IMG/VR virus record: IMGVR_UViG_3300027927_000003
Span: 1 to 64,000 of that record
Source of the DNA: a virus
Length of the DNA: 64,000 bases
Strand: one strand, 5' to 3'
A program made the translations under genes and the position numbers. Shown piece after piece: positions 59,301 through 64,000 of this stretch. Every line of letters starts with the position of its first letter. The stretch's first letter is position 1. A model generated the notes under the pieces. The model did not search any database. It was not told where the DNA came from and saw only the letters and a list, made by a program, of their open reading frames with translations.

Positions 59301-62300
59301 ATGTCGAAGACCTGATGCGCGCTGCTCCGCAGATGGGGAAGGCGAAGACTGACCAGGAGCGGTTCATTGCTCTGGCCGAGCACTCGATCTTCGCCCCCGA
59401 CAAGCGTGGCGACACCGGTATCTCTGAGGATGACCGGAAGCGGCTGCTCAGCGATCTCGGTCTGAACACCGACCTTCGTGGTCAGAAGGCTATCGATGCG
59501 ATCCGGAAGAAGATTGGTGAGGACTACACCAAGGGTGGGGAGCTTGACACCACTGATCCATTGATCAGGCGGATCGGCAAGATCCCTGGCGCAGAGGGGC
59601 TGATGGAACTCCCCTCGATTGCGAAGGCTCTGGAATCACCAGATGACGTGAACCTCCAGATCACCGCGATCAAGGATCTGCTGTCGGCTGTCAAGGACGC
59701 CGGTAACGATGCGCCCAAGGTGCAGCGGATCATGGGCGAGATCCAGGCGCTGGTCCAGGATCCATCCAACCCGCTCTACGGGTTCGCGGCAGGCGCTGAG
59801 GCTCGCAACGCTCAGTACCGAGGCTACGAGATCGCTGCGATGAACCCGATGCAGCAGTTCCGAGCACGGACCACTGACTACGTGACGGCGATGTCCATCA
59901 CGCCCACCGGTGCTGAGGCACGGCAGAAGCAGGAGGCTGCCACTGGTGAGTACATGGACTACCTGGAAGGTCAGCGTCAGTACTTCACTCAGCTCCTGAT
60001 CCAGAAGCGTGAGTTCGAGATCCAGCAGCAGCGTGGTCAAGACGACTTCGACAAGCAGCGTCGTCGGATGGACTACGACTATGAACTTCAGCGGGCTCGT
60101 GCGCAAGAAGACTTCCACCTTCAGCGCCAGTACCAGGAAGAGGATTACCAGCGGGGCAGAAGTCGGGCTGAGTTCGACTTCGAGCTTCAGCGTGAGCGTG
60201 CCTCAGAGAACTATCACCGCTCGCTGAAGCGGCAACGGCATGACTTCAACCTGTCGCGTAGGCGTCAGGAGGAGGACTTCCACCACCAGGTGGAGCTCAT
60301 GACCGAGCAGGCCGCGAAGAACATGTACAACGTCTACGAGCGGGTCAGCGTCCAGCGCACCCAGTCCGCTGGCTACTCACTGTTCAACATGCAGGACCAG
60401 CTCAACCGGATGCAGGAGCAGAGCAGCCAGCTCGATCAGCTCCGAGGGATGGGGCTTTCTGACAACGCCATTCAGCAACTCGGACTGACCGATCCCAAGA
60501 ACGCCCAGCAACTTTCTCGGTTCATCGGGGATGTCACCGAGAACCCAGAGATGATCCAGCAGTTCAACCGGGCGGTCGCTAAGCGACTGAAGGCTGCTGG
60601 GAAGCTGGTCACTGACGAGTCCTCTACTGAGTGGCAGGAGTTCAACCGGTCGCACCGGCTGGCTCGTACCCGGGCGATGGCTGACTTCGAGCGCTCGGTT
60701 CGGCGCAGCCGTCAGGACTTCCGCCGCAACATGGGGCAGATGGAGGAGGACTTCCGTCGCTCGATGAGCCGTCAGGCTGATGACTACGAGCGCTCGCAGG
60801 ACCGGCAGCAAGAAGCCTTCTCCAAGTCGATGGCGCGCTCTGCTGAGGACTACGCAACCGCAGTGTCTCGGATGGTCACTGACTTCGGTACCTCGATGAC
60901 ACGGGCTCAGCGGGACCTGGCGCGGGCTGCCAAGGGGATCAGCGGAAACCTGGAAGACATCCTCACCACGTCAGCGAACAAGCTTTCTGGTCACGCGCAG
61001 CGGCAGGCGAAGACGATCCTGCGCGAACTCGGTGATCTGAAGAAGGACACTCGCCCGGTCGCGGTCGAGATCATGACCATGCTCGCTGATGTCTTCGGTG
61101 TGGACTACACCGCTCCCAAGGGCACTAGCGGCGGCGGTGGGCGCAGCGGACGTACCCCTGGTGCCACGGCTGCTCACGAGAGCAAGCTGAAGGGCGACTC
61201 TTCGCCAACTGGTCGCCAGCCCTGGAGTACCTGGGACACCGGTGGCGGTGGTGGTGGTCGCGCTGCGGCTACTGCTCCACTTCCGGCTGGTACCTACACC
61301 ACTGGCTACAACGATTACGGCTCTCAGAACTCGCGTTACGCCAAGGGCTACCACACTGGTGACGACTACTCAGCCGCTGCTGGTACGCCGATTCTCGCTG
61401 CGCTGTCTGGCACTGTGGCCTCGGCTGGCTGGGGTGGTGCTTACGGAAACCTGGTGGTCCTCGATCACGGTGGCGGGCTTCAGACCTACTACGCCCACCA
61501 GAGCAACATCGGAGTGAAGCCTGGCGAGAAGGTCAACGCAGGTCAGCGGATCGGTGCGGTGGGTAACACCGGCCAGTCCTTTGGTGATCACTTGCACTTC
61601 GAGGTCCGGATGAACGGGGTGGACGTGGACCCCGACACCCTGGGTCGGCTGGCCAAGTCGCAGATGAGCGCTGCCAGCATCTTGAAGGACCGCTACCCCA
61701 AGCTGGAGCGGATGGCTGCACGACTCTCTGGTGCGAACATCTTCGATGAGGGTGACTTCTCCGGGATCATCAACAAGTTCGCAGCCCGAGCGATCAAGAA
61801 GATGGAGAAGGCTACCGGGGTCGATCTGTCGAACCCGACTGGCGACCCTGGGCATCAGGACATCCCCTCCAACGTGAAGTCCAACGTGAGCCTCGGTCAG
61901 AAGCTGGCTCGGGCCTACGGCTGGGACAAGGGACCGCAGTGGAACGCTCTGGTTGAACTGTGGATGCGTGAGTCGGGCTGGAAGCACACCGCTGACAACC
62001 CGACCTCCTCGGCCTACGGCATCCCGCAGGCGCTGATCGACATGCACCAGATGCCGAGGGGCTACTACGACTCCAAGGTCGGTAGTGGACGCAACACCCA
62101 GGGCATCGGTGGTGACCCTCGGGTGCAGATCGGCTGGGGTCTGAACTACATCCGGAACAGCGGTAACTTCCACGACCCGCTCAGCGCGCTGAAGTTCCAC
62201 GACGCGAACAACTGGTACGCCGAGGGCTCGATCTTCTCTGGCCCACAGGTGATCGGTGTTGGTGAGCGTGGTCCTGAGGCAGTGCTGCCGTTGGACCGGA

Positions 62301-62557
62301 AGGGCGTGGACTTCCTCGCCACCTTGATGGACCGGCTCAGCGTTGGTCAGGCAGGCCGCAGCGCACGTACTGCTGGCTACCAGCAGCCGGTGGTGTGCAA
62401 CCACTCCACCAGCTATCAGATCGACCGCTCTACGACGTTCTCTGGTCCGATCACTGTCCAGGCGAACAACCCGAACGAGTTGATCACCCAGCTTCGAACT
62501 CGGGAGCGAGCAGCAGCGTTGACCCGGCCTTCAGTCGGCGGTAGGAGAGTGCCATGA
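56348..62557 (+). CDS. tape measure protein with M23 peptidase and transglycosylase-like domains
   Basis: 2069 aa. M23 motifs GYHTGDDY ... LDHGGGLQTYYAH ... GNTGQSFGDHLHFEV (about 61340-61620). WMRESGWKHTADNPTSSAYGIPQAL (about 61940-62040). Long helical repeats. Confidence 0.95.
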   Translation: MTSQPMEANVVLTADTSQYDASLQQSANATEQFAKGLDSVTKKLNDLSKWGGKKLLGFAAADMAAITGATTAYAAFEKQMESLQAQAAVLNKDMDVQKRTFTEYTAAVNSLRSAYGTSTREATALVQVLSKVGDNTRGITQLADTFTRLGNATGESSAALAQSMLQLQRTMGTPQRDTEKYANTLTSLAAKTNTSAQGILEFANQIAPVGRMIGMTQNEITGVSTAFIKAGQDGYTAGNAFNKIVSDIAYATQTGSPDLAKYANLVGVTVGQFKEMDKTEAVTKIFDTLNRQGPAAITTLNRLGLDGMRTMRAITAMSQQTGGIGAAIAQANGADPNAMTRGSKAATDGLFDSLKRLRSEVTMTAEAFGENFAPYADKFVTGIEKMASAVRSLMSGPIGDMASTLAGLAAPLAAIGGLAMTAAAPLATMALIRQVGRGSLGYGIREGRRGGGRIDVGQGNNMRIGDRIADRGAFGQRWAYNAGIMASNLLPAARQQPSLASRALYTATGGMYGAPRTHGPISRIAGAAGSTAGWAARMIGDTYSPMWWGVPGKMGLNDPTQRVRWFNAQRLSDYAAIGRMNDAWRNLGQGPGGVATQAAATGMSGRFSALMSGQSLPKTLDDFRARLGPMAGQVNMQQLITQANAGLAGTASSMRIPEASDKLAKAFRTLSLESQSAARGMGGFSRGMGSLVSSLAMAGAGAARQGVGLLGKGLGALGMSGPMLGIMGAFGGYMAYDAMRDKTVGKTEDLTGSLDPYLQASGRTGLPTYAGQWENKKPEVTTMSRANRVTRRDKNVARHSDHFLSQQSLKGLSKEETAEYLSTQYDIIRNDPAAIQEMKLDLIDKFDASTAEQIMRDLREGDVVDGAALRSAMNQPNRYKVFGPSNEAVGKKLSYAQSMRDERVDLVWSKYGDRAADIERGRGMAAMVGGFTREGGTRAGVAQDRFRLDFGGLGFGNKTGFDKFTDEQEEFARHLQDAYGWQSFDVEDLMRAAPQMGKAKTDQERFIALAEHSIFAPDKRGDTGISEDDRKRLLSDLGLNTDLRGQKAIDAIRKKIGEDYTKGGELDTTDPLIRRIGKIPGAEGLMELPSIAKALESPDDVNLQITAIKDLLSAVKDAGNDAPKVQRIMGEIQALVQDPSNPLYGFAAGAEARNAQYRGYEIAAMNPMQQFRARTTDYVTAMSITPTGAEARQKQEAATGEYMDYLEGQRQYFTQLLIQKREFEIQQQRGQDDFDKQRRRMDYDYELQRARAQEDFHLQRQYQEEDYQRGRSRAEFDFELQRERASENYHRSLKRQRHDFNLSRRRQEEDFHHQVELMTEQAAKNMYNVYERVSVQRTQSAGYSLFNMQDQLNRMQEQSSQLDQLRGMGLSDNAIQQLGLTDPKNAQQLSRFIGDVTENPEMIQQFNRAVAKRLKAAGKLVTDESSTEWQEFNRSHRLARTRAMADFERSVRRSRQDFRRNMGQMEEDFRRSMSRQADDYERSQDRQQEAFSKSMARSAEDYATAVSRMVTDFGTSMTRAQRDLARAAKGISGNLEDILTTSANKLSGHAQRQAKTILRELGDLKKDTRPVAVEIMTMLADVFGVDYTAPKGTSGGGGRSGRTPGATAAHESKLKGDSSPTGRQPWSTWDTGGGGGGRAAATAPLPAGTYTTGYNDYGSQNSRYAKGYHTGDDYSAAAGTPILAALSGTVASAGWGGAYGNLVVLDHGGGLQTYYAHQSNIGVKPGEKVNAGQRIGAVGNTGQSFGDHLHFEVRMNGVDVDPDTLGRLAKSQMSAASILKDRYPKLERMAARLSGANIFDEGDFSGIINKFAARAIKKMEKATGVDLSNPTGDPGHQDIPSNVKSNVSLGQKLARAYGWDKGPQWNALVELWMRESGWKHTADNPTSSAYGIPQALIDMHQMPRGYYDSKVGSGRNTQGIGGDPRVQIGWGLNYIRNSGNFHDPLSALKFHDANNWYAEGSIFSGPQVIGVGERGPEAVLPLDRKGVDFLATLMDRLSVGQAGRSARTAGYQQPVVCNHSTSYQIDRSTTFSGPITVQANNPNELITQLRTRERAAALTRPSVGGRRVP

Positions 62558-63036
62558 GGCAAGCGATCCCGGTAGATGTCACCGACCCGACCAAGACCGG
62601 ACTCCAGTATCTGGCTGTAGAGGTCAGTTACGGCAGTCAGTGGGTGAACATCAACGATGGTGTGAACTACAAGATCAACGCCGAGGGGACCAGGGACAGT
62701 TCCTCCAAGACCTGGCGGAAGATCACCACGCAGTCTCCCGTGCTTGGTGGTAACTACCTGGTCCACGCCGTACCGGAGATGATCAACGAGACCATCAACG
62801 TCTGGGTGCATGGAAGCACCCAGACAGACCTGGCTGACAACTTCTTCACTCTGGAGATGCTGTTCGAGCAGTTCGACTATCGGATCCGCTGGACTACGAA
62901 CGAGTACCGTGAGTACTGGCGCTGTCAGTTGGCTGATACCACTTCGAGTCGCGGTCACATCTGGTCGCACTCACAGATGGCTCAGATGAGCTTCACGGTG
63001 CCTCGTTATCCAGAGATCACCAGGGAGCGCATCTGA
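62554..63036 (+). CDS. minor tail protein (distal tail region, 160 aa)
   Basis: ATGA-coupled to the tape measure stop. Beta-rich. Confidence 0.75.
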   Translation: MRQAIPVDVTDPTKTGLQYLAVEVSYGSQWVNINDGVNYKINAEGTRDSSSKTWRKITTQSPVLGGNYLVHAVPEMINETINVWVHGSTQTDLADNFFTLEMLFEQFDYRIRWTTNEYREYWRCQLADTTSSRGHIWSHSQMAQMSFTVPRYPEITRERI

Positions 63037-63488
63037 TGGCAGGTAGGCCAACACTGTGGGGCGCAGGGCAGATCCTGCGGGCCTTCATCTCTCGGTCTGC
63101 CGAGATCCCTCCTAACTTCTACCTAGCGCTTGCCAGAGAGATTCCGCCCAACCCCTACATCTCTGGTGCTGAGCTGGATGAGCCGACTATCGATGACGGC
63201 TACCAGCGGGTAGAGATCGCAAACAGCATCGAGATGTGGGGCGATACTGACTCCGGTCAGCTCCACCTGGTCGCCAACGGCGATGACATCTCGTTCATCA
63301 CCGCCACCACTGAGTGGGGTCGCTGCCGATACTGGGCGCTGTGCAACGCAGACACAGATGGCTACGTGTACTTCTACGGCAGGCTGATCGACCCAGTGTT
63401 CGTGGAGGCGGGTGATCAGGTAGTTGTCGGCGCTGGTGAGTTGGTAGTCGAGTTCGGGCCGTTCTTCCTCGATGAGGAAGAAGTCTGA
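63036..63488 (+). CDS. minor tail protein (150 aa)
   Basis: TGATG-coupled ORF. Confidence 0.7.
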   Translation: MAGRPTLWGAGQILRAFISRSAEIPPNFYLALAREIPPNPYISGAELDEPTIDDGYQRVEIANSIEMWGDTDSGQLHLVANGDDISFITATTEWGRCRYWALCNADTDGYVYFYGRLIDPVFVEAGDQVVVGAGELVVEFGPFFLDEEEV

Positions 63489-64000
63489 TGGCGATCAAGT
63501 ACGTCAGCCCTGAGCCAGTCCGGATCGAGAGCAGCGCCACGGCCAACGCTCGTCCGGTGCCTTCTCCGCTGCATGAAGCACCTGGTGGGCTCTTTCCGAT
63601 CAGGTTCGCCGTGCATGAGCTGGATGAGTATCGAATGGCTGCTGGCTGGCCGGTCTCTGTCCCCGAGTGCGACATCGTTGCTCGCACGCTGGCCAGCGCA
63701 GATGGTGAAGTGATCGGGTACCGGCAAAGGCCGCTGGATCTGATCACCGACGCCATGGTTCGCTGGGTCGCAGACCCTGACTACTACGACGAGACTTCTC
63801 TGGTCTGGCGTCCCTACCAGTCCTCGCTAGACATCGTGTTCGAGACCGGTGCTGACTTCGCGCCGACGATGATCACTGACTACGACTACCGCGTTGGCAC
63901 TGAGCGGCTCTACATGAGCGCGATGAACTTCGACTCAGACTCCCGTGAGCACTTCCATGCGAACCTGAGCGGGGTCGTGGGTGGTGGCTCTGGCTACACG
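63488..64000 (+). CDS. minor tail protein, 5' part (runs off the right edge)
   Basis: My own translation from ATG 63488 (MAIKYVSPEPVRIESSATANARPVPSPLHEAPGGLFPIRF...). Open to the end of the window, with high GC3. Confidence 0.7.
   Translation, partial: MAIKYVSPEPVRIESSATANARPVPSPLHEAPGGLFPIRFAVHELDEYRMAAGWPVSVPECDIVARTLASADGEVIGYRQRPLDLITDAMVRWVADPDYYDETSLVWRPYQSSLDIVFETGADFAPTMITDYDYRVGTERLYMSAMNFDSDSREHFHANLSGVVGGGSGYT

Overview
High-GC, gene-dense dsDNA phage sequence of actinobacteriophage style. It is siphovirus-type, with a 160-aa major tail protein and a 2069-aa tape measure protein. All calls come from reading the translations and the DNA by eye; no database or HMM search was run, so family names rest on motifs I recognise. 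Layout: (i) 1-8968 holds about 19 small leftward (minus-strand) genes, mostly of unknown function, split into blocks by promoter/leader/terminator cassettes. (ii) 8969-9851 is a gene-free, lower-GC, hairpin-rich control region with tandem leftward promoters. (iii) 9852-21813 is a rightward replication, recombination and regulation block: DnaB-like helicase, DnaG-like primase, SSB-like protein, tRNA-Tyr, Pol III alpha, HNH, Cas4-like nuclease, RuvC, WhiB and HTH proteins. (iv) 21849-32530 is a large fibre/receptor-binding block with two collagen-like proteins and an islet of small membrane proteins, followed by endolysin and holin (32667-33666) and a strong terminator. (v) 33737-64000 is virion assembly: large terminase, Mu-like portal, MuF, XkdF-like protease, scaffold, decoration protein, lambda-E-like capsid, neck proteins, major tail, chaperones with a -1 frameshift, tape measure and the first distal tail genes. 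No integrase, repressor, transposase, rRNA or CRISPR array was seen. The most unusual signal is a family of at least seven basic proteins scattered through the head/neck module. All begin with the same peptide, M-x(1-3)-SAFG[VI][ED]H[GH]-x(1-3)-[FIV]SK, and one also ends with it. I interpret this as a candidate capsid-targeting or processing tag for packaged (ejection?) proteins. The second signal is that promoters are repeatedly followed within 75-100 nt by intrinsic terminators before the first gene, with conserved leader sequence, which suggests antitermination control.
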